This document shows positions 55,609 to 64,000 of a stretch of 64,000 bases of DNA, in pieces. Under the pieces are notes generated by a model. The model was not told the DNA's origin and did no database searches. It saw nothing but the letters and a program-made list of their open reading frames with translations. Both the position numbers and the translations under genes were made by a program. This DNA is from Vulcanimicrobiota bacterium (GTDB taxonomy: Bacteria > Vulcanimicrobiota > Xenobia > Xenobiales > JADMJV01), in NCBI GenBank assembly GCA_050250895.1, contig JBFWNU010000002.1, positions 887,659 to 951,658 on the forward strand, written 5' to 3'. Position 1 is the stretch's first letter, and the number at the start of each line of letters is the position of its first letter.

Positions 55609-57339
55609 CTACAGGAACTCCTCCAGACCTCTCGCCAGGTGGGGCAACTCTTTCCATAACGCGCTGTCGGGCTTGCGCACCATTTGGCGCCAATCGCCCT
55701 GGCCAACCACGCAGCCCCGGCTCAAGACGACAACCAGGTCGCAGCGACGCACGGCCTCGGGGTCGGCCATGGTGGCTACCACGGTGGTGCCTGGGTTTGG
55801 GGCCAGGAGTTGGCCGTAGATCTCGACGCGCCGTGGCTCGTCGACGGCCGGCAGCGGGTCGTCGAGCAGCAAGAGGCGAGGACTTTCGACCAGAGCTCTG
55901 GCCAACAACACCCGCTGCAGCTGGCTATCGCTGAGATTGCGACCCATGCTGGCCAGGCGAGTAGAGAGGCCGGCGAAGTCGTCTTGTAGCCCCACCAGGG
56001 ACAACACTCGCCGCAGTTCGTGATGACCGACATCTCGACCCATGTGGATGTTCTCTTCCAGGCTGCCCTCGAAGATCTCGTTACGAGCCGAGGCCAGGGA
56101 CACAGCTTGCCAGAGTGAACTCAGCTCGACCTCGCCCAGGTCGATCTCGTCGATTTCCAGGCTGCCGTGATCCGGTTCGAGCAGGCCGGCCATCAATTGC
56201 AGCAGCGTCGACTTGCCCGAGCCGTTACTGCCCAGCAGGGCCACCCGCTGGCCGGACGCCAGTTGCAGGTCGACTCTCTCGAGGGCCGGGCGGTCTTGAT
56301 GGCGCAGACTTACCGAGCGCAGGTTGAGGGCTGCGCCTCGCTTCGTGTCGGGCAGGGGACGCCCGCCCTGGCGATCGACCGGCAGGGCCGTGATATAGCC
56401 GACCTTGGCCAGACCCGTGTGCAGGTCATAGAAGGGTTCGACCAGGCGAATCAGCTTGTCTGACGCTTTGAGCACTCCCCAGACCACCAGCTCGGCGGCC
56501 ACCAGTTGACCCAGCGTCAGTTGCCGGTTGATGACCATCCAGCCCCCCAGTCCCAGCATGCCCGCCAGGGCCAGCGAGCCCAACAGATAGTGAGCGCAGA
56601 ACTGTCTTAGAATGACGGCGAAATGGCGCCTTCGATCGCGGATGAAGTTGGCCACTCGCTGGTCGGCCTGACGGATCCAATAGTCGGGATGCCCATCGAG
56701 TTTCAGGCCCGTGTGGCAGCGTGCGGTTTCCTCCAGCCACTCGGCCACCTCGTATTTGCGGCTCGACTCGGCCAGGCTGGTGCGAATGCCCCCCAGCCCG
56801 AGAACGGTGAGGATGAAGAACCCGGCCCCGGCCAGAGCCAGGGCGAAGGCGAGCAGTTGGGGGCCGTAAAGAGCCAGCAGGCTCAATCCTACCATCACCT
56901 CGAAAAGCGCGCCGGGACCTTCGAACACGAGCTTGAACCAGCTCTTCTGAACATTGACCACATCGAAGAATCGGTTCATTAATTCGGGAGGATTTTGCTC
57001 GGCCAGGGCCTGGCGAGAAACCCTGGTTAGACGTTGCGAGAGGCGCAAAGCGACCCGAGCGAAGATACGCTCTCGCATGCGCTCGACCAGGGCCAGGCGC
57101 AGCAGTGTCAGTAGGCCCGCGAAGAACAGTCCACCGAAGACCGCCATCGTGAGCACCACCAGCGGTTGAAGCGACAGCCCGACGGCCACGATATTGACCA
57201 GCGCCTGGGCGGCCAGGGGGACGGCCAGCCAGAGCAAACTGGTGACCAGACTGTAGACGAGGACTACCGCCAGGTCACGGCGATCCTCGGCGAGCATGGT
57301 AGCCAGACGTTTCCAGGAAGAGGGATACTTCGCCATCAA
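55609..57339 (-). CDS. Type I secretion ABC transporter (permease plus NBD)
   Basis: TMD (ELMNRFFDV, LGQLVAAE); Walker A GSNGSGKST; degenerate signature LSDSQ. Confidence 0.88.
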   Translation of the reverse strand: MMAKYPSSWKRLATMLAEDRRDLAVVLVYSLVTSLLWLAVPLAAQALVNIVAVGLSLQPLVVLTMAVFGGLFFAGLLTLLRLALVERMRERIFARVALRLSQRLTRVSRQALAEQNPPELMNRFFDVVNVQKSWFKLVFEGPGALFEVMVGLSLLALYGPQLLAFALALAGAGFFILTVLGLGGIRTSLAESSRKYEVAEWLEETARCHTGLKLDGHPDYWIRQADQRVANFIRDRRRHFAVILRQFCAHYLLGSLALAGMLGLGGWMVINRQLTLGQLVAAELVVWGVLKASDKLIRLVEPFYDLHTGLAKVGYITALPVDRQGGRPLPDTKRGAALNLRSVSLRHQDRPALERVDLQLASGQRVALLGSNGSGKSTLLQLMAGLLEPDHGSLEIDEIDLGEVELSSLWQAVSLASARNEIFEGSLEENIHMGRDVGHHELRRVLSLVGLQDDFAGLSTRLASMGRNLSDSQLQRVLLARALVESPRLLLLDDPLPAVDEPRRVEIYGQLLAPNPGTTVVATMADPEAVRRCDLVVVLSRGCVVGQGDWRQMVRKPDSALWKELPHLARGLEEFL

Positions 57340-57415
57340 CGGGATAGTAGCCGGCGGATTTGAACGCTTTCCAGGGCCACGATGAGCGTTCGATGAGACG
57401 AGAATTAGACTCTTC

Positions 57416-59263
57416 TCAGATTCGACCCTCGAGCGGCCAACTCACCGGCCAGTTACAGCGCCACGGCGAGCGAGAATAGAACCAGCCGCGGTAGCACAAT
57501 ACGGCCACTCCCTGGTCTAAACCGACCAGGTCTGGGTGTTCGGCGCCCAGCCAGGCGGCCAGCAGTTGGCGGCCTTCCTCCAGCGGGCGTGAGTCGCCGG
57601 TGACCACCGCTTGCAGCAAGAGGGAGGTGCCTACCTCGGGGTGGTCAGGGCCATAGACAGTGCGAAAGAGCGCTTCGCGTTGGCGGGCCAGGGCCAGGGC
57701 CCGCTCCGGGCAACCGAGGCAGAAGCTGGCTAGCGCCTCGAGGGTGAGGGACTCGCCGCGGGACGGATTTCCTGGGCCATAGGCCTCCACCCGCAGTTCA
57801 TGGGCCCGGCCAGCCAACTCCAGAGCCTGGACTGGCTGGTCGTGATGCAAAGCCAACCAGGCCCCCACCTCCAGCAAGCTGATCTGGCGTCGATGCTTGG
57901 AGCCGAGATGGACCTTCAGGTGCTGGGCCTGCTTCCAGAGATCCCAGAGCTCCTCAGACGCGCCCTCGGGGGCCAGCCACCAGAGGCCAGCTTCCAGGCT
58001 TTCGGCCACCACATGGGGTTTACGCAGGCCATGCAGACTCCGATAAAGCTGCTTGGCTTGCTCCCAGTGGGCCCGGCCCTTCTCTCGCTGATCCTGGCGA
58101 GCCATGATCGTGGCGAGATTCAGGTAGCGATTGCTGCGGGCATGTTCATCGAGCCGCGGCAACTCGGCTTCCAGCAGGGCTGTAGCCCGGTCGAAATCGC
58201 CCAGATAGTAGAGCAGGCAGGCTTTCTGCAGCTCGCTTCCCTCCAGCCGGTCCATTAAACGCAGCGAGCGGGTCATGGCGCCGCGGGTGCGCAGGCTCCG
58301 GGCTACCTGGCGAATCAGAGGACGGTGACCCACGTCGTCGGGCAGGTCGCCCTGCTCGACTAGATGCAGCTTGAGTTCATGAGCGGTGCGGTTGACCAGC
58401 GAGAGCACCTCGAGATAGCGCTCGTCCTCGACCAGCCCGGCCTGGGAGAGGTCCTTGCGAAGGTCGTCGCGGCGCACCAGGGCCTCGACATCCCCGATTC
58501 CCAGTTTGAGGGGGCGACGAAAGGCCAGCCCTCGCACCACCACGATCAGTTGCGAATTGGTCCCCCGACCCAGCTGGCCATCTTGACCCAGGGCCACGTA
58601 GCCATCCGGCCACTGGTGCTTGGCCAGAGGCTCGTTGACCGGAACGTGGCTCGGCAGAGGCTCGCCGTCAATCCAGAACGCCAGATTGAAGCCGATGCAC
58701 CGCTCTCGAATGGCCTCTCGTTCGCTGGCGTCGAAGCAACGCCTGAACCAGAGCATCGGCCGCCGTCGATAAGCCAGGGTGATGACCGTTTGGGGCTCGG
58801 GGAAGGGCGGGGGCAGGCTCTCGACGTGGGGCTCGGAGAGGCCGAGCCACAGGCGATGTCCGCTTTGCGGATCCCACGATTCCACCGTGATGAAGCGTAG
58901 CGGCAGGTTCTGAGCGCCGCGCAGGCCGATAGCCAGTTCCTGGTAGGCGTGCTGCTCGGGACCGGTGGGGGAGCCCAGTACGTATTGGAAGATGTCGCCC
59001 AGTATGGCCCGGGGAAAGATCGCCCCTCGGGCCGTCAGACGGGCTTCCAGGGGGCTCCACTCGAGTTCGATTCGCTCGGCCCCCGCCCCGACGGCGGCGC
59101 TGACCAGGTTGAGAATGTAATGACTGGGGTCGGCCAGGCGAAACGAACCCAGTTTCTCGAGGGCTCGCTCGGAACTGAGCGTGAAGGTTCCCGACGAATC
59201 GAAGCGTCCCTGGCTATAGAGACCTTCCAGCATCTCTTCGAACTCGTTGAGATCGGCTTCCAC
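57416..59263 (-). CDS. Hypothetical protein with possible degenerate GHKL-like N-domain and TPR C-domain
   Basis: DSSGTFTL..ERALEKL...ILNLVSAAV; TPR repeats with YGPDHPEV. Confidence 0.65.
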   Translation of the reverse strand: MEADLNEFEEMLEGLYSQGRFDSSGTFTLSSERALEKLGSFRLADPSHYILNLVSAAVGAGAERIELEWSPLEARLTARGAIFPRAILGDIFQYVLGSPTGPEQHAYQELAIGLRGAQNLPLRFITVESWDPQSGHRLWLGLSEPHVESLPPPFPEPQTVITLAYRRRPMLWFRRCFDASEREAIRERCIGFNLAFWIDGEPLPSHVPVNEPLAKHQWPDGYVALGQDGQLGRGTNSQLIVVVRGLAFRRPLKLGIGDVEALVRRDDLRKDLSQAGLVEDERYLEVLSLVNRTAHELKLHLVEQGDLPDDVGHRPLIRQVARSLRTRGAMTRSLRLMDRLEGSELQKACLLYYLGDFDRATALLEAELPRLDEHARSNRYLNLATIMARQDQREKGRAHWEQAKQLYRSLHGLRKPHVVAESLEAGLWWLAPEGASEELWDLWKQAQHLKVHLGSKHRRQISLLEVGAWLALHHDQPVQALELAGRAHELRVEAYGPGNPSRGESLTLEALASFCLGCPERALALARQREALFRTVYGPDHPEVGTSLLLQAVVTGDSRPLEEGRQLLAAWLGAEHPDLVGLDQGVAVLCYRGWFYSRSPWRCNWPVSWPLEGRI

Positions 59264-59441
59264 ACTAGCTTCTTCGCGTTGGCGAAAAGCGTTCCCGCCA
59301 GCAGGTTTTCGGGGGTCTAACGTTATATTTGTAAACAGTTTGTTAAATCAGGTCCAGGGTACTTAACTCTGGTTCGCCGGGTGGGATAGACAATCAACAA
59401 CCTTTAGAAACCAAATACACGCTCGAAGGGGAAAGCAAAAA

Positions 59442-60521
59442 ATGGCTGGCTATATGACGATGAATCCTGCAATGATGTACGGACAATTCAACATCTCTGC
59501 AGGAGGCTGCTACGGCCCGAACATGGGCAACAGTTGCGGCAATATTCTCGGCGGACAGGGTGGCAAGACCCTGATCGGCGCCCTTCTCGGAACTTTGGCC
59601 GGCGGTATGCTGATGCCGGGCAACCCGCTCGGTATGCTCCTGGGCGCTGGCCTCGGCGCTTTCGTCGGCAACCAGATGGGACAACACCATCAGGGCGGTT
59701 GCTGCAACCAGAACTATCCCAACGCCGGCTGCTATCCTCCTGGTGGCAACAACTGGTTCGGCGGTCCTCAGAACGGCGGCTGGTGCCCTCCTCAGCAGGG
59801 TGGCTGGTGCCCGCAACCCCCTTACTGGGGCGGCGGCCAGAACTGGGGCGGCGGCCAGAACTGGGGTGGCGGCCAGAACTGGGGTGGCGGCGGCAACTGC
59901 TGCCCTGGCTACCAACAGCCCTGGGGCCATCAGTGCGGCCCTCAGAACCACTGCCACCAGGGCCCGGGCGGCAATCCCGGCGGCCAGCTCTGCCAGGAGA
60001 AGGATGGCAAGCCGATCAAATACACCACCAGCGGTGGTTACAACGTCGAAGTGAACGGCCACGACGTCAAGATTACCGACCCTAACGGCCACGTTCTCAA
60101 CAGCTGGGGCGACCCCCACGAGAAGCTCGACGGCAAGCACATCAAGGACTGGGAAGGCAAACAGCGCTCCATCATCCTTGGCGACGGCACCAAGATCACC
60201 ATGAGCGCCACCGGCGCCCAGGGCGTCACCACCAACACCAGCATCTACGACGGCAACCAGAACGTTCAGATCAATAACGAAGGCAACCACATCACCCATC
60301 ACTCGGCCAACCCCTGGGACACCTGGTCCCGCGAGGGTCGCCAGTACGACGGTGAGACCGCTGTCTTCCGTCCCACCTGGGATGGCGGCGCTGCCTACTA
60401 CAACATCTACAACCAGGACCAAAACCTGAACATTACCCGCAACTGGGACCCCCTGGCTCGGGTGCTCGGCGACGGTAAGGTCAAAGACTACTACGACGAC
60501 CCTCGTCTCGGTCACACCTAA
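59442..60521 (+). CDS. DUF1521-like (GDPH) protein with G/C/Q/W-rich low-complexity N-half
   Basis: SWGDPHEKLDGK...ILGDGTKITM; glycine-zipper hairpin; strong codon bias. Confidence 0.8.
   Translation: MAGYMTMNPAMMYGQFNISAGGCYGPNMGNSCGNILGGQGGKTLIGALLGTLAGGMLMPGNPLGMLLGAGLGAFVGNQMGQHHQGGCCNQNYPNAGCYPPGGNNWFGGPQNGGWCPPQQGGWCPQPPYWGGGQNWGGGQNWGGGQNWGGGGNCCPGYQQPWGHQCGPQNHCHQGPGGNPGGQLCQEKDGKPIKYTTSGGYNVEVNGHDVKITDPNGHVLNSWGDPHEKLDGKHIKDWEGKQRSIILGDGTKITMSATGAQGVTTNTSIYDGNQNVQINNEGNHITHHSANPWDTWSREGRQYDGETAVFRPTWDGGAAYYNIYNQDQNLNITRNWDPLARVLGDGKVKDYYDDPRLGHT
59826..59897 (+). repeat. Coding 18-bp repeat x4 (WGGGQN)
   Basis: tggggyggcggccagaac tandem copies; the last is degenerate. Confidence 0.9.
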
Positions 60522-60533
60522 ACCCAAACAGCG

Positions 60534-60584
60534 AATCTAAGTAGGAGCCGGCGGAGCTTGCGCGAAGCCGGCTCTTAGATTTTC
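60534..60584 (+). terminator. Probable intrinsic terminator or stabilising hairpin
   Basis: aatctaa...gagccggc-loop-gccggctc-ttagatt followed by a T run, just after the 60521 stop. Confidence 0.6.
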
Positions 60585-60599
60585 TAGGAGGACCCTTCA

Positions 60600-62198
60600 G
60601 TGCCCACAGATACCCAACCGCAAGGCGACCGAGTTTTGTTGACCACGGTCCAGGCGGTCCTGGAAGGTACGGCTACCGTCGAGGAACTGCTCGAGGTGGT
60701 CGAGCAGAGTCGCCAGTCGATGGTCGATTCGCTGGCCGATTTCAAAGCAAGCTATGAGGGTCTTGGACCCGAAGGGCGCGAGGCTTGCGCCAGTTTGGTA
60801 GACACGGCCGACCAGTTGTTTGCCATCATGGCCCAGGCCATCGACATGATCGCCAACTATGCCGAAAGCGGTGATCCCAATGACCTGCGGGTCGGGCTGT
60901 CCCAGGTCGACCGGGCTGCCTTTCAGATCAACCTCTTGTCACTGGATTTTCGCCACAAGGCTCTGGCGGCCGAGGGGCCGACCGAGATTCCCCAGCTGAA
61001 CCTTCTCATCAAGTTTCACGAAGCTTACCAGCAAGACCCCAAAGCCAACTTCGAGCCTCTCCGCGAGGCCGTGCAGTTCGAGCGGGTCGAGGCCTTGAAG
61101 GCTCTCGATGATCTGGCCAAGGAGCCTGACATCAGCGAGGTGGCCAGCATGAAGGCCGCCTTTGACGAGCACCTGCGCTGCATGAACCGGCTGGCTCACG
61201 CTCTCGATGAGAAAAAGGCCTTCCAGATCGACAAGGAGCTGCATCAATCTCGCACCACTTTTGGTCGGATCAAAGAGCTCATGCCGGTGGTGCAGATGGC
61301 CCTGCGGGGCCACGGCCCCACCGCCTACCCCGATATCAACCTGATCCTCAAGCTGGCCAGAGACGTCGAGCTGCAACGGGTCAGCGAGTCGCTGCTGGTC
61401 GACGCCCTCGAGAATGTGGCCGAAAGCTTCGGAGAGACTCGCGAGAAATTGGCTTCTGCCACCGGAGAGGGCGAGTCGGCCTTGCTCAAGGAAGAACTCG
61501 AGAAGGCCCAGCAAGCCTTCGACATGATGGAAGAGGCCATCGACGAGTTCGATGAGTTCTTCGAGGGTCGCATGCTCCACGTTTTGCAAGGCGCAGCGGC
61601 CAAGCTCGAGCAGGCCGCCGTCGAGATGGAGAGCGCCTACAAAGGGGTGCTCAAAGTGGCCGATCGCGAGGGCAAGACGCCCTGCATGAAGTGCGGTCAC
61701 TACAATCCGGTCGAGCGGCAGTTGTGCGAGTCTTGCGGGGCTCCGCTGCCGGTCAAGGCGGGTACGGCCCGCTCGACTTTCGAGACTTCCGAAGGCCCGA
61801 ATCGACAGGCCGGCAGCACCGGCGAGCCCTTTGTGACCACCAACCTGCTGAAGGTCTACCAGGCCGTCAACGCCATCGACGCAGGCGAGATCACGGCCGA
61901 CGAGTTTACCGAAGTGCTCAACTGGTTCGAGAACCTGGTCGAGGTCAACTACAACAACGCCCCCGAACCCGACGAAGAAGGCGGCGAGGCGGCCGAGGCG
62001 CTCGAAGAGATGTTCGTCAACGGCGTGGAAGAGATCCGCAAAGGGATCGCCTGTCTGCGCGACTATCTCGAGTCGGGGCTACAGGCTCAGTTGCAGAACG
62101 GCGTTCGCGAGATCGACCAGGGAGCCCGCAAACTGGCCACCATCGCCGACGCTACCCGACCCGGCCTGGCGGCCGAACTGGGAAAGGGTGAAGAGTGA
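60600..62198 (+). CDS. Acidic all-helical protein with zinc ribbon
   Basis: AGGAGG RBS; CMKC...CESCGA; repeated helical bundles. Confidence 0.8.
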   Translation: MPTDTQPQGDRVLLTTVQAVLEGTATVEELLEVVEQSRQSMVDSLADFKASYEGLGPEGREACASLVDTADQLFAIMAQAIDMIANYAESGDPNDLRVGLSQVDRAAFQINLLSLDFRHKALAAEGPTEIPQLNLLIKFHEAYQQDPKANFEPLREAVQFERVEALKALDDLAKEPDISEVASMKAAFDEHLRCMNRLAHALDEKKAFQIDKELHQSRTTFGRIKELMPVVQMALRGHGPTAYPDINLILKLARDVELQRVSESLLVDALENVAESFGETREKLASATGEGESALLKEELEKAQQAFDMMEEAIDEFDEFFEGRMLHVLQGAAAKLEQAAVEMESAYKGVLKVADREGKTPCMKCGHYNPVERQLCESCGAPLPVKAGTARSTFETSEGPNRQAGSTGEPFVTTNLLKVYQAVNAIDAGEITADEFTEVLNWFENLVEVNYNNAPEPDEEGGEAAEALEEMFVNGVEEIRKGIACLRDYLESGLQAQLQNGVREIDQGARKLATIADATRPGLAAELGKGEE

Positions 62199-63073
62199 GA
62201 ATCCAGGTTCTCGACCACCACTTTCTCGGTGCTTCTCAGACGGTGGCCAGTTTTCTGGTGGAAGGTCCCGGCGGTCACGTGCTCATCGAGACCGGACCGG
62301 CCAGCACCTTGAGCACCATGGAGGGCCACCTGGCCGACCGGGGATTAAAGCCGGGTGACATCGCGGCGGTGCTGGTAACTCACATCCACCTCGATCACGC
62401 CGGCGCTTGCGGTTGGTGGGCTCGCCACGGTTGTCCCATCTATGTGCACGAGCAAGGCGCACCCCATTTGATCGACCCCTCTAAGTTGCTGGCCAGCGCC
62501 GCCCGGATCTACCGCGACCGCATGCAAGAGTTGTGGGGCACGGTCGAGCCGGTGCCTGAGGCTCAGGTCAGGGCCTTGACCGATGGGCAGCAAGTCGAGG
62601 TGGCCGGGCTGAAGTTCGTGGTCCACGACACGCCAGGTCACGCCCGCCATCACATGGCCTTCCAGCTCGAGGACGTGGCCTTCACGGGGGATGTGGCCGC
62701 GGTTCGTCTGGCCGGTGGCAAGTTCATCTCGCTGCCGGCCCCCCCGCCCGAGTTCGACCGCGAGGCCTGGAAGGCCAGTCTCGAAAAGCTGGCTCGACTG
62801 GAGCTGTCGGCCCTTTATCTGACTCATTTCGGTCGTTTCGACGATGTGGCCGCTCATCTGGCCACCATCGACGGCTTGCTCGACAAAACGGTGGAGTTCT
62901 TCGAGCAAAATCACCATCTCGAGGGCGACGCCCTGACTCGGGCTTACCGCCAGTGGGATCAGGCCCGGGCCGCGGCCGACGGGGTCGGGACCGACGACTA
63001 CGACCGCTACGAGAAGGCCAATCCGACCTTCATGTCGGTTACCGGCGTCAAGCGCTATCTCAGCAAGCGCTAA
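62195..63073 (+). CDS. Metallo-beta-lactamase fold hydrolase
   Basis: THIHLDHAG, TPGHARHH, FTGD, THFG. Confidence 0.92.
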   Translation: MRIQVLDHHFLGASQTVASFLVEGPGGHVLIETGPASTLSTMEGHLADRGLKPGDIAAVLVTHIHLDHAGACGWWARHGCPIYVHEQGAPHLIDPSKLLASAARIYRDRMQELWGTVEPVPEAQVRALTDGQQVEVAGLKFVVHDTPGHARHHMAFQLEDVAFTGDVAAVRLAGGKFISLPAPPPEFDREAWKASLEKLARLELSALYLTHFGRFDDVAAHLATIDGLLDKTVEFFEQNHHLEGDALTRAYRQWDQARAAADGVGTDDYDRYEKANPTFMSVTGVKRYLSKR

Positions 63074-63112
63074 AATCAGTTTCTTTTGAGGCGACCGGTC
63101 TAAGCTGTCAGC

Positions 63113-64000
63113 ATGGTTAGCCTCAGCCAGGCGGCCAGCCGTCTATTGCGCGACGAGTCGCGGCTGCCGATGGTCAAGAAGTGGGCCACCTCGACCAATC
63201 GTTGGGGCGCCCAGACTGCTCCTGTTGCCACTCAAGATACGGTTTTTTTGTGCGAGGACAGCAGTGGCGTGCGGGCCGTGCGCAGCGACACTGGCGAGAC
63301 GGTCTGGACCCGCCAGCAATTGACCTGCTGGAGTCAGCCGGCCCTGGCCGGCGAGCGGCTCTTCGTGCGGGACTATGGCAGCCTTAAGTCGCTCGACACC
63401 CAGAGTGGCGAAATAGCCTGGGAAGTGCCCATCTCGGATCGTGGTTCGGGACGGCCCGAAGTGGCCCGGGGGCGGGTGTTCTATACCGAGCCCGGGTTGG
63501 TGGCCGCTCGTGAGAGCCAGGATGGTGCCCTCGTCTGGCAGCGCGAACTTCACGAGCCTGCCCTGGTAGGGGCGACTCCGGCCGGTGACCTGGTGGTCTA
63601 TAGCGACAAGAAGATTCACTGCCTCGAGGGTCAAACGGGCGACACCCAATGGACCATCCCGGCCCCGGGCAAGGTGGCGGCTCGACTGACACCTGACGGC
63701 ACCCTGCTGCTGCAGCGACCGACCGGAGGGTGGCTGCCGGTGTTGATGCCCGAGAAGAACACTCTCTTCGGCTACGACTCGGCCAGCGGATCCAGGCTGT
63801 GGAAAGAGCATACTCCCGCCCTGACTTTCGAGGTCGACGAACATGGCCAGTTTCTCACGGCGGATCATCAAGGCCATGTCGAGCAACGGATAGCCCGCAC
63901 CGGCGAACGGACCTGGAGCGCCGAGTGCAAGTCGACTCCCGAGTGGCTTCAGGCGACCCCGGACGGGACCTGGCTGGTGGGCGAAAGGACCGCTCTGACC
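63113..64000 (+). CDS. PQQ/BamB-like beta-propeller protein (runs off the window)
   Basis: Open frame from ATG 63113 with repeated GxxxW blade motifs (SDTGETVW, DTQSGEIAW, GQTGDTQW, DSASGSRLW). Not in the supplied ORF track. Confidence 0.8.
   Translation, partial: MVSLSQAASRLLRDESRLPMVKKWATSTNRWGAQTAPVATQDTVFLCEDSSGVRAVRSDTGETVWTRQQLTCWSQPALAGERLFVRDYGSLKSLDTQSGEIAWEVPISDRGSGRPEVARGRVFYTEPGLVAARESQDGALVWQRELHEPALVGATPAGDLVVYSDKKIHCLEGQTGDTQWTIPAPGKVAARLTPDGTLLLQRPTGGWLPVLMPEKNTLFGYDSASGSRLWKEHTPALTFEVDEHGQFLTADHQGHVEQRIARTGERTWSAECKSTPEWLQATPDGTWLVGERTALT

Noticed and set aside
59826-59897. Homology of WGGGQN repeats to prion octarepeats
   Set aside because: Short low-complexity similarity lacking the His; most likely convergent.
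59394-60527. 377-aa minus-strand ORF
   Set aside because: Antisense shadow of the DUF1521-like gene.
63143-63886. 247-aa minus-strand ORF
   Set aside because: The + strand frame from 63113 shows beta-propeller blade motifs and is the likelier gene.

Overview
High-GC bacterial window with about 48 protein-coding genes or gene remnants and no recognisable rRNA, tRNA or CRISPR array. The gene repertoire suggests Candidatus Eremiobacterota/Vulcanimicrobiota, but this is an unverified impression. Ordinary content includes a panB-panE-panC-coaX operon, a minor type IV pilin/PilC cluster, a type I secretion triad, a hybrid histidine kinase with a REC-CheB partner, an AidB-like dehydrogenase and several hydrolases. 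The standout is a three-gene operon at 4669-12665 that looks like a split bacterial midasin (Mdn1/Rea1). It encodes (i) a tandem odd/even AAA pair whose second module has a ~100-aa helix-2 insertion, (ii) a 1531-aa protein with a degenerate peptidase-like head, a very long Q/M-rich repeat stalk and a midasin-like MIDAS domain, and (iii) a small, apparently dead AAA module. A 1.3-kb modular hairpin repeat array follows immediately. Other notable items are an orphan RHS module with a lytic-transglycosylase-like toxin, a candidate immunity gene and an in-frame palindromic insertion; a candidate ~210-nt structured RNA; several pseudo-enzymes; and eukaryote-like enzymes (FAD4/PEDS1-like, Nta1-like). 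All family assignments come from motif recognition by eye; no database search was run.
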